DNA of 64,000 bases from Terriglobia bacterium (lineage in GTDB: Bacteria; Acidobacteriota; Terriglobia; 20CM-2-55-15), in assembly GCA_965198225.1 (NCBI GenBank), contig CBDAOY010000006.1, positions 576,001-640,000 on the forward strand, given 5' to 3'. The notes under the pieces are model-generated. The model did no database searches. It was given only the letters and a program-made list of their open reading frames with translations, and was not told the origin of the DNA. Both the position numbers and the translations under genes were made by a program. Shown piece by piece: positions 51,408 through 60,176 of the stretch. The stretch's first letter is position 1. Each line of letters starts with the position of its first letter.

Positions 51408-51701
51408 TCAGTAGCGTCCGTAGCCGCCGCGACCACCTCCGCCACTCTGGCGATTGGTTTGAGGTCGGGCTTCGTTAACCGTCAGTGCCCGGCCGTCCAG
51501 ATCAGTTCCGTTGAACTGTGAAATCGCTTTCTCGGCGTTTTCGGCACTCATCTCCACAAAACCGAAGCCTCGGGATCAGCCGGTGTCCCGGTCGGTAATG
51601 ATCCGGACCGATTCGACCACGCCGGCCTGCGCAAACAGGCTGTCGAGATCGCCTTCCGTCGTCTGGAACGACAGATTTCCAACGTACAATTTTTGGGTCA
51701 T
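51408..51701 (-). pseudogene. Canonical RRM/Gly-rich RNA-binding protein with in-frame TGA at codon 42 (absent from ORF track)
   Basis: MTQKLYVGNLSFQTTEGDL...[16 protein letters not shown]...[13 protein letters not shown]...[11 protein letters not shown]; TGA at 51578-51576. Confidence 0.88.
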
Positions 51702-51716
51702 TGAACTTCCTTGAAT

Positions 51717-51814
51717 TTGTCTGTAGAGGGACTTCGAGAGCTTTGCGGGAAAGGAGGGTCGGCAAACAGGATCGATCTACTTTCCGAACAGAGGCAAGAG
51801 GCGCCCAAACAGGA
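51717..51814 (-). promoter_or_regulatory. Conserved 5' leader of RRM gene 2
   Basis: Homologous to 50585-50683 on the opposite strand. Confidence 0.6.
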
Positions 51815-52317
51815 TTAGTAGCTTGCGCTACGGAGTCCAGCATACAGGCCAGAACGCAGGAGCTGCAAGAAGACGATCCACGGCCATATCTTCCTCCCGC
51901 CAAATGACAAAGAGGTATTTCACTGGCAATCATGTCTTGATGGACGGGTGCGACCGGCTCGAACTCAAGAGTCGTCGACAGAGCCGAACGTGCTGGCGAG
52001 GTGTTCCTCGACCGCGAAGCCAGCAGCGGACGGAAGAGCACAAGCGGCCTGAAAGGCCACATCGTCGATACCGGTAACGGAGTATCGGCGACCATACGGA
52101 CAAGTGAAATAGCTAAACGCTGCGTAGGAAGAGTCGGCGACGGTCTTCGCGGGATTGGCTGGTGACCGGTCGTTACCAGGGACGTGCTCCGAGCCGCTAC
52201 GCCAGACGATGTGGCACAGCAAGCTGCTCGAATCGCCGATCGGAGCGCAAGTTGCCGACACCGGGATCAACCTTGAGACCGACTTACGTGGCGTCAGAAG
52301 TCGCCCACAAGGGCTAG

Positions 52318-53854
52318 GAGTCTGCGCGGCAGAGCGCAAAGAACTCGGACTGATTGGGATTTGAGAGGGTCTTCGGAGGAGAATCGACCGATTCTTCCGA
52401 TACGACGAGTTCAGAGTTGTACGGACACCCGTAATTGGCCGTGTATCGGGTCTGCCGGGTTGCGGTTTTCCGGATTATGCCCATTCGATCTTCCCGTTCA
52501 TCCGTCGTAAGTTCACCGCCAGAGTGACCAGATTCCACTCCCCGGTCACTTTGTCCAAACCGCGTAGACTGAACTGTCGGAATCCGAGCACCGACTTGAT
52601 CCACCCGAAGGGCGGCTCACCAATGTGCTTTCGGGCCCGGTAGCGGTCACGCCCACGCTTGGTTTTCATCTTTCTCATCATCCGACCAACAGCGGTGTCT
52701 TTGGGTGGGAGTGGGGCACGGGCGAGATCCTTCTCGCGACCCATCGCAACATACCCGTCAATCTGACGTTGTTCCAACATCCCCAGATTTGACTCGGATC
52801 GATATCCCGCATCGGCCAGCACGCGGTCGGGACGCTCCCCCAGATTGTCGCTCAACGCATCCAGCGTGGGTTCCAACTGCCCCACATCCGATGCATTGTC
52901 AGTCACCGTTGTTGCCACGATGATCCGGGCCTGGGAATCCACCACCGCTTGCGCGTTGTAGCATTGCTGGAACCCTTCGGTGGAGGTCTTCATCATCCGG
53001 CTTTCCGGGTCGGTGAAGTTGTCCTGGGCCGTGGGTTTAGGTTCCCCCATGGGACGTTTGAATGGCTTCTTTCCGCATCCGGGTTTGTGATCTTTGGTGT
53101 TCCGTCCCGCTTCCTTGTCCGCGGCCATCTGACGTTCTTCGAGCCGCTTCATGGCCGCCTGTATCGTGGCCAGGCGCTTCTTGCGCGTGGCCAACCCGTC
53201 GGGCAGTTCGTCTCCGCGCCGGTCCTTGCCGTATCGCTCGTCTTCGTCCTCATCGGTCGCCTCGGCCCGGTTCAACAGATCCCGAATCTGTTCACCCAAT
53301 TCGGTCTCCTGCTTTTTCATGCGTTCGTAGCTCATCGCTTTGCGTTTGCTTGCATTCGCCCGCATCTTGGTCCCGTCCACCGCCACGGTTCCCATCTTCA
53401 CCAGTCCCGCTTCCCGCGCCATCATCACCACTTGCACAAACAGGTTTCCGAACTCCTCAAGATGCAGTTTGCGAAAATCCGAGATCGTTCGGTGCGCCGG
53501 AAAGTTCTCCGCTCCCAACATCCGGAACGCTACGTCGTCGGTCAACTTCGCCGCGATCTTCCTGGACGAGAACACTCCGGTCGCGTACCCATAAATCAGC
53601 ACCTTCACCATCATCCGCGGATCAAACGCCTGATTGCCCGGACCCTCGGTTCCATACCGCTGTTCGAACGCGCTCAAATCCATCGCGTCCACCGCGTCCG
53701 ATATGAAGTACGACAGGTGATCTTCGGCCAACCAATCTCTCAACGACGGTGGCATCAGCAGTGTTTGTTCTGGGCTATAAGTTCGATAGGTTCGTGCCAT
53801 GACATATCTTCGATCTTTATCCGCCCAATTCCGGTCCTTCTGCCGCGCAGACTC
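52318..53854 (-). mobile_element. Complete IS1182-family insertion sequence
   Basis: Perfect 16-bp terminal IR gagtctgcgcggcaga; CTAG on both sides (52314-52317, 53855-53858). Confidence 0.92.
52475..53800 (-). CDS. IS1182-family DDE transposase
   Basis: LMPPSLRDWL, PRMMVKVLIYGY, SSRKI, VDGTKMRANAS, TDPESRMM, ADAGY, EPPFGWIK. Confidence 0.93.
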   Translation of the reverse strand: MARTYRTYSPEQTLLMPPSLRDWLAEDHLSYFISDAVDAMDLSAFEQRYGTEGPGNQAFDPRMMVKVLIYGYATGVFSSRKIAAKLTDDVAFRMLGAENFPAHRTISDFRKLHLEEFGNLFVQVVMMAREAGLVKMGTVAVDGTKMRANASKRKAMSYERMKKQETELGEQIRDLLNRAEATDEDEDERYGKDRRGDELPDGLATRKKRLATIQAAMKRLEERQMAADKEAGRNTKDHKPGCGKKPFKRPMGEPKPTAQDNFTDPESRMMKTSTEGFQQCYNAQAVVDSQARIIVATTVTDNASDVGQLEPTLDALSDNLGERPDRVLADAGYRSESNLGMLEQRQIDGYVAMGREKDLARAPLPPKDTAVGRMMRKMKTKRGRDRYRARKHIGEPPFGWIKSVLGFRQFSLRGLDKVTGEWNLVTLAVNLRRMNGKIEWA

Positions 53855-53976
53855 CTAGCGAGCGTGTCTTCATCTGCCTTCCCGCGTCCTTGTCAAAAGG
53901 GTTTCTTGGCTGTACGCTGCCTCGTGGCCCACCAGGGAGCCTGTATGTCAGATTCTTGGTGCATGAAGGAGACGCG

Positions 53977-55185
53977 ATGCACGGTTCTCGGAATGCTCTC
54001 GCCCATATCGGAATTCTCCTCGGGGTAACGTTCTTTACATCGGCTGGCGCGGCCACGCAGGGAGGTCGTGGTGGCGTGCAGATTCAGTCAGGTGAGTCGT
54101 GCCCCCAAGGCATGACTGAGGTCCGCCCGCAGACCTGCAGGGCACCGGAGTTGCCTCCGCCGAGCATTGTGGACTACCGGCCCGAGTCCAAGCTCGTCAC
54201 CGAGGAAAGCCTGGTCCCACGGGCCAAGTACCCGGTGGTAGACGTCCACGGTCACGCACGGTCGCTTGCCACACCCGGTGTGATCGACGACATGGTCACC
54301 CAACTCGATGCACTGAACATTCAGGTCTATATCGCCGCCGACAACCTTTCCGGCGAGCGCCTTCGCGATAGCATCGAAGCGATCGAAGCGAGCCCGCACC
54401 GCGACCGCTTCCGAGTCCTGGCGGGAATCGACTTCAGCGACAAGGAGCCCGGTTGGGGCCAAAGGGCGGCAGAGCGGCTCGAAGCCGATGTCCGGGCCGG
54501 TGCGATCGGCGTCGGTGAGGTTTCGAAGAGCTTCGGGCTCACGATCACCAAGGCGGATGGCTCTCGCCTGAGAGTAGACGATTCCGAGCTGGACCCGGTG
54601 TGGAAGACGGTGGCGCGGTTGAATGTTCCGGCGTTCATCCACACTGCGGAGCCGGCGGAGTTCTTCCAGCCGTTGGACTACCAGAACGAGCGGTGGCTGG
54701 AGCTGGCGCTCTTCCCGAATCGGAGGAACTACGGTCCTGATCATGTGACGTTCGACGAGCTGATGGCCGAGCGGGACAACCTGTTCCGCAGGCATCCGGA
54801 CACGCAGTTCATCGCGGCCCACTTTGGTTGGCACGGTAACGATCTGGCGCGCGCAGCACGGCTGCTCGAAGAGTTTCCGAACGTGGTCCTTGAAGTGGGG
54901 GCGATCCTATATGACTTGGGCCGCCAACCGAGAGCGGTCCACGATTTCTTCGTCAAGTACCAGGACCGTATCCTCTTCGGGAAGGATAGCTTCCAACCCG
55001 TCGAATATCCCTACTACTGGCGCGTCTTCGAAACCACCGACGAGTACTTCGACTACTACCGCGGCTATCACGCGTTCTGGAAGCTCTACGGCGCGGACCT
55101 ACCCGACGAGGTGCTGAAGGCGTTGTACTACCAGAACGCACTCCGGGTAATGCCTGGCTTGCCGCGTACGGGCTGGCCAGAGTAG
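53977..55185 (+). CDS. Secreted amidohydrolase (Amidohydro_2 type)
   Basis: Signal peptide, VDVHGH, FIHTAEP, AAHFG, QDRILFGKD. Confidence 0.88.
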   Translation: MHGSRNALAHIGILLGVTFFTSAGAATQGGRGGVQIQSGESCPQGMTEVRPQTCRAPELPPPSIVDYRPESKLVTEESLVPRAKYPVVDVHGHARSLATPGVIDDMVTQLDALNIQVYIAADNLSGERLRDSIEAIEASPHRDRFRVLAGIDFSDKEPGWGQRAAERLEADVRAGAIGVGEVSKSFGLTITKADGSRLRVDDSELDPVWKTVARLNVPAFIHTAEPAEFFQPLDYQNERWLELALFPNRRNYGPDHVTFDELMAERDNLFRRHPDTQFIAAHFGWHGNDLARAARLLEEFPNVVLEVGAILYDLGRQPRAVHDFFVKYQDRILFGKDSFQPVEYPYYWRVFETTDEYFDYYRGYHAFWKLYGADLPDEVLKALYYQNALRVMPGLPRTGWPE

Positions 55186-55740
55186 AGTGCGGTCCCGGGG
55201 GGCTTGACCACCACCGGTTCGGAAGAGATGCTCTGTGCTCATGGCGTCAGTGGAGATGGGCGGGCCCACGACCGTGGAAACCCAATTGGCACACCGCCGG
55301 CACGACAAGTCGAACCCCCTTTCAAAAACGGAGGCTCTCAACCACGATCCACGTTATCGTATAGGCATTACAGTCATGTGGATTGTCGCGGGCTCGGTTT
55401 CTGCTAGCTATGTTAACGCGCGGACCATCGGCATCGAATCGACTTGCGGGAAAAACCATCAGAAATCGTTAGGCCGTCCGGCGTGAGGTCGTAGTCCCTG
55501 TATTGATTGAGTAGGATGAACCCTTTCAAAGTAACACCGTGTTAATCTACCAACGGACAGAGTCCGTTCCTTCCAGAAGATCCGTCGTTTGCAATCCCGC
55601 CCCGGCCGGTCTATCCTCAAAATGATCTTTTTCTGAAAGGGTCTCTTTTTTCTACGATTCTTTCCTCGACTGTCTTTCACGTCACCCATTCTCGTGACCG
55701 TCGACCGTCAAGAATAAGAATCCCCGATTCAGGATCTCTT

Positions 55741-56066
55741 TTGAACGATAAGCAATCGATTCGTTACGTCGGCTTCGTGTGCACGGAGAACGGAGGCCAT
55801 TGTTGGATTTGTCCGTCCTTCCGGCCAGTGGCGCGCCGACGCAGGTTTTCATTGATATTCCGGAGCCGCATTTCAGCGGCGCGGATCGGATCCTGTTTCA
55901 GGAAGCCGCGGGAATCTGCTATCTCAAGATCAAGGAACTCTGTCAGGTGGGCACGATCCGCAACACACCCCGTGTGCGCCTGACCGCAACCGACATCGAA
56001 CGCTACAGACAGGTCGTTCAAGTTTCAGGTCGCCGGAAAAAGAGTCTCCGCAAGCGCGCGGTCTAG
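55741..56066 (+). pseudogene. Small hypothetical protein with frameshift at ~55797
   Basis: MNDKQSIRYVGF..ENGG in one frame continues as LLDLSV...FSGADRILFQEAAGICY in another; aligns to 50991..51293. Confidence 0.65.
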
Positions 56067-56120
56067 GAAGCGCTCTGAAGCCAGAGAAGTTTCGAAGTTC
56101 TATTCGAAGGAGCGAGGTCG

Positions 56121-56345
56121 GTGCAGTTATCGCGATGGGCCAGATCTGCCGATACGCGTTGGTATTTCGGCGTGCGTTGCCGTCGGTGCCGAACGCCGAT
56201 TCTATTCGGGGTAGATCACACGGCTGGAGAAACGCCGTTCACACCCGTTGCAAAACTCATACTGACCTGTGCCGCTGAGGCATGCGGTCACCAAGCCGAC
56301 TACAGCAATGCGACCGTATCGCGATTCCAGAAGACCCAAGAATAG
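56121..56345 (+). CDS. Small Cys-rich putative zinc-binding protein
   Basis: CRRC...CAAEACGH; aggag/gagg RBS-like sequence upstream. Confidence 0.6.
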   Translation: MQLSRWARSADTRWYFGVRCRRCRTPILFGVDHTAGETPFTPVAKLILTCAAEACGHQADYSNATVSRFQKTQE

Positions 56346-56384
56346 CTACGAAGAACGACCGGCGGATGCCGCCAGGAGGTCGAG

Positions 56385-56546
56385 GTGAAAGCGAAGAAGG
56401 AGACGATCCCGGACATTCGCGTCTGGTGTCAACACTGTTGCATCCGAATCTCACCCAATGAAGACCGGGTTGCCGCCGGTGATAAGGTCTACCATAAGCA
56501 CTGCTTTCCCAAGCGGCCCCCCGTCGAGAGAGCTAAGAAGGAGTAG
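56385..56546 (+). CDS. 53-aa LIM-like single zinc-finger miniprotein (absent from ORF track)
   Basis: MKAKKETIPDIRVWCQHCCIRISPNEDRVAAGDKVYHKHCFPKRPPVERAKKE; C-x2-C-x18-H-x2-C; aggagg RBS. Confidence 0.65.
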   Translation: MKAKKETIPDIRVWCQHCCIRISPNEDRVAAGDKVYHKHCFPKRPPVERAKKE

Positions 56547-56848
56547 CCGCTGTTTCCGCTTCCGATGAGTTCAATATGTACCGAAGGTGACATTCAAACT
56601 CATCTTGACGGGGCAGCTTACGCCAGCCAGCTGAACGGGTCCCGTTGAGTAAGGGTGGATCGGTAACGATCGGTCGCCTTGTGTTTAGGAACGCTCGATT
56701 GACCTGCCGCTGACCAGCCTGCACGTGTTACTGCCTAGCTAGTGTGACATCTGGATGGCCCTGTATTCATGGGGTCTTCGTGAGAATCCACTTTTCCGTG
56801 TCGCCGACTTTACGGCAAGTCGGGGGCAGAAGGCTCGAACACAGGTCC

Positions 56849-56935
56849 CTAAGGCACTGGCACACGTTCCTTGAGTTCTTCGAACCAGTTCAGAACAACT
56901 GTGATCGGGATCGAACCGGTTTCGGCGGCCGGTCG
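56849..56935 (-). pseudogene. Extreme C-terminal remnant of a kinase-beta-propeller gene
   Basis: PAAETGSIPITVVLNWFEELKERVPVP*. Confidence 0.75.
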
Positions 56936-56989
56936 GCTACTCGTAGATGTGCATGGGCGCTAACAAGAAAAGTGTCCACTGCATTGACC

Positions 56990-57142
56990 TCAAGCCCCTT
57001 GCCTCGTACTCTTCTTCTCCGGATTTGCTCGTGCGGTTCGTTCCTGCAGTGCTTTTCGAACTTCCCGGATACGTTCTCTCATCCGAAGTTTTGCCTTGCG
57101 CAGACGGTTGAAGCGCGCCTTGTCACCATTTCTTGCGGACAT
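56990..57142 (-). CDS. 50-aa highly basic small protein (absent from ORF track)
   Basis: MSARNGDKARFNRLRKAKLRMRERIREVRKALQERTARANPEKKSTRQGA; GAGGTG RBS. Confidence 0.6.
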   Translation of the reverse strand: MSARNGDKARFNRLRKAKLRMRERIREVRKALQERTARANPEKKSTRQGA

Positions 57143-57625
57143 CTGTCACCTCACATAATTCAGCATTCAGATTCTAGTCATTTGTGAACGAATAGAAAGT
57201 GTCCTCTTGCTAACGGAACGACAAAGGCCACTGGATGAACATTCAGACCCCCGGCTTTCCCGACGAGATCCACAAGGAAGTATCGGCGACATATCAGGAA
57301 TTAGCGGGAGTCAGTCGTTCGGTGCGCGTACTTGCGACGATTGATTCGACGAAACTAACGAATACAGGTTCGAGTAGGACTCTCGCGTTCGGGCTGTTGT
57401 TCCATGAGTACCAAACAGACGGAATCGGATAAAACTTAGCGATGAGGTGCTTGAGCTCCTCAAGGCCAGACGGTTTGTGTGACGTTGGCGCGTCAAGCAA
57501 GGTTTTCGCCTTCGCGGGGCGGGGGGTCACTCTTGCGGAGCAGACCCGAGCGCCGACAGCTACACTAAAACATTGTCACGCTCGGCCAACGTTATTGTAT
57601 TCTCTGTCCGGACTAATCGGAGGGA

Positions 57626-59005
57626 GTGATGAAGAGACTTGTGTTGCTGTTGCTGGTACTGGCGGCCTCGACGGGCGCAGAGGCGCAAACGAAGAATTGG
57701 CCCGCATTCCGAGGCCCGGGCGCGCGGGGTGTCGCAGACGGCAAAGTCGTCGTTTCCTGGAACGCGGATGCCAGCGAAGGTGAGCTCCGGAACGTTCTGT
57801 GGAGTACCGAGATCCCCGGTCTTTCCCATTCGAGCCCCACGATCTGGGGTGATCGTCTCTTTGTCGTGAGTGCGATCAGTTCCGAAGACACAAGTACGCT
57901 CAAAGTGTGTATTCGCTGCGACGGAGGAATACCCGCCGACGACAACGGGGAGCAAACCTGGGTCGTCTATTGTCTCGACAAGAATACCGGCAAGATCCTC
58001 TGGCAACGCACCGCCAAAAAGTCCATCCCCCGAGGGAGGCGGCACCCGAAGGCGAGTCATGCCAACCAGACAATAGCGACAGACGGCCAACGCCTGATCG
58101 TTTTCTTAGGTTCCGAAGGCGCCTATAGCTATGACCTTGATGGCAACTTGTTGTGGAAAAAGGATCTTGGCTTTATCGATGGTGCGCCGATCAACTATGG
58201 GGGCGGGGACTGGCAATTGGGAACGGCCAGTTCGCCGATCCTGTTTGAGGACACCGTTGTGCTTCAGGCCGACCAGACGCAGGGCTCGTTTCTTGTGGCT
58301 CTGACCGCGGCAGACGGAGACGAGCTGTGGCGCACCTCCCGCGAGGGCGTTTCCAGCCAGAGCTGGGCGTCGCCCACGGTCGTCCGATCGGGCGACCGAA
58401 CGCAGGTTGTCCTCAATGGCTGGCCTCACGTTGCAGGGTACGATCTGAATAGCGGCAAAGAACTCTGGCGGCTGCGGTCTGCAGGAGATCTTCCTGCAGC
58501 AACACCGGTTTTCTCGAACGGACTCATATACGTTTTGGGCTCGCACGGCCCAGGAATGCCGCTTTTTGCCATTTTCCCGGACGCGTCGGGTGACATCACG
58601 CCTGAGGAGGGTTCCACTGAAAGCCCCGGCCTGGCGTGGTATGTTCCGCGCAATGTCCAGGAGACCATGGCGACGCCTCTCATTCTCGACGGTCTGGTGT
58701 ATAGCATCGCCGACAACGGCGTCCTCAAGGTGTACGATGCGCTCACGGGTGAGAGACAGTACACCAAGCGGGTCGGTCCGGGCGTGGGTTTCTCGGCTTC
58801 ACCAATCACCGTGGATTCCAAGATTCTCTTCGCGAGTGAAGATGGCGACGTCTATGTTGTGAAGGCCGGAACGGAGTTTGAGGTGCTGTCGAAGAATTCC
58901 ATGGGCGAGCCGGTGATAGCCTCGCCGGCGTTTTCCGACGATGTCCTGTACTTCCGCACTCAAGGTCACGTCGTTTCGATCGGTTCCGTGACGGATCAAC
59001 GCTGA
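57626..59005 (+). CDS. PQQ-like beta-propeller protein, paralog of 35035..36441
   Basis: Signal peptide, NWPAFRGP, PGLSHSSP, GSEGAYSYDLDGNLLW. Confidence 0.88.
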   Translation: MMKRLVLLLLVLAASTGAEAQTKNWPAFRGPGARGVADGKVVVSWNADASEGELRNVLWSTEIPGLSHSSPTIWGDRLFVVSAISSEDTSTLKVCIRCDGGIPADDNGEQTWVVYCLDKNTGKILWQRTAKKSIPRGRRHPKASHANQTIATDGQRLIVFLGSEGAYSYDLDGNLLWKKDLGFIDGAPINYGGGDWQLGTASSPILFEDTVVLQADQTQGSFLVALTAADGDELWRTSREGVSSQSWASPTVVRSGDRTQVVLNGWPHVAGYDLNSGKELWRLRSAGDLPAATPVFSNGLIYVLGSHGPGMPLFAIFPDASGDITPEEGSTESPGLAWYVPRNVQETMATPLILDGLVYSIADNGVLKVYDALTGERQYTKRVGPGVGFSASPITVDSKILFASEDGDVYVVKAGTEFEVLSKNSMGEPVIASPAFSDDVLYFRTQGHVVSIGSVTDQR

Positions 59006-59058
59006 ACATCGAGCGACTATTCATCAGTCTCACCACAGACCCCCAAAAGGCTCAAAAA

Positions 59059-59799
59059 CTAAGGGAGGGCTTCCCGGACACAACGAAAGCCGATGTCCAA
59101 ATCGAAGTGCTCGTATCGGGGCTCGGCGACCGAGCGAAACGTTATCCGTATATACTCGGCAGTGTCGTTCCACGAACCGCCGCGCATTACGCGAAACTGT
59201 CCCTGCGGCGGTCCGGTGGGATCTGACGCCGGGCTCGATTCGTAGTACTTCTCCTCGTACCAATCCTGCACCCATTCCAAAACGTTGCCGTGCATGTCAT
59301 GCAAGCCCCAGGCATTCGGCTGCTTCTGGCCTACCGGATGCGTTTGATCACCGGAATTCCTGTCGTACCAACCCATGGCGTCCAGCGGTCCGGCGTACGC
59401 TCCGGTGGTTCCGGCCCTGGCCGCGTATTCCCATTCAGCTTCTGTCGGCAGCCGGTATCGGTACCCGTCGTTCCGGTCGTTCATCTTCTCCAGAAACTCC
59501 TGCGTAGCCTGCCACGTCACGTTCTCCACCGGAAGGTTCGATCCCGCGAATTTGCTCCGGTTGGTTCCCATCACGGATTCCCATTGCGTCTGCGTCACTT
59601 CGTACTTCCCGATCTCGAATGCCATCGTGATGCGGACCTGGTGCGATGGCTCCTCGTTGCTGTCGCATTCAGAGTCGTTCGAAGAACAACCCATCAGGAA
59701 CTCTCCCGGCTGAATCTTCACAAACTCCATTTCCGCTTGTTGCGCAAAATGCGGAACCGCAGACAGGAACAACAACACATACAAGGTCACTCTGCTCAT
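59059..59799 (-). CDS. FGE-sulfatase (formylglycine-generating enzyme-like) domain protein
   Basis: KYEVTQ, PVENVTW, RLPTEAEWEYAARAG, NAWGLHDMHGNV.EW, RGGSW, IGFRC. Confidence 0.92.
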   Translation of the reverse strand: MSRVTLYVLLFLSAVPHFAQQAEMEFVKIQPGEFLMGCSSNDSECDSNEEPSHQVRITMAFEIGKYEVTQTQWESVMGTNRSKFAGSNLPVENVTWQATQEFLEKMNDRNDGYRYRLPTEAEWEYAARAGTTGAYAGPLDAMGWYDRNSGDQTHPVGQKQPNAWGLHDMHGNVLEWVQDWYEEKYYESSPASDPTGPPQGQFRVMRGGSWNDTAEYIRITFRSVAEPRYEHFDLDIGFRCVREALP

Positions 59800-59845
59800 A
59801 CAGCCTCCCTGAGCGATTCAGACAACCACCCGATCACTCGAAGTC

Positions 59846-60017
59846 CTGGCTGTGCTTGTCGGTGATCGCGTCGTGGCCGATCGTCGTGCCGATCATGGAC
59901 CCGCCCGGCGTGACTTTGATTCTGGTGCGTCTTTGGCTCTCCACACCTCGCCCATGCCGCCCGTTCCGAGGCAGAAACGATTTGGTAGGGTCCGAGTGTC
60001 GACCCGGGCTGGATCAC
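59846..60017 (-). pseudogene. Two tandem N-terminal Ser/Thr kinase remnants
   Basis: MIQPGSTLGPYQIVSA/(frameshift)GTGGMGEVWRAKD from 60017, then MIGTTIGHDAITDK from 59896. Confidence 0.65.
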
Positions 60018-60176
60018 CCGTAGATAAGACTATGAAAGGGACTTGTGGTCAATCAGAAGGTCACTTCCCTGAAATACCGCTTTCTCGGAAACGTACCAAT
60101 GCCCGGTCGGCGCCGGTCGGTCATGGACGTGGCTGCTTCTCAGGCGAGGGAACGGATCGTCACGCGCACGCTGAGA

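Noticed and set aside
51576-51578. Selenocysteine or alternative genetic code
   Set aside because: The position is normally Arg, TGA is used as a stop throughout the window, and no SECIS was recognised.
57235-57530. Overlapping short ORFs 57235..57432 (+) and 57294..57530 (-)
   Set aside because: Neither has convincing family features, and I cannot choose between them.
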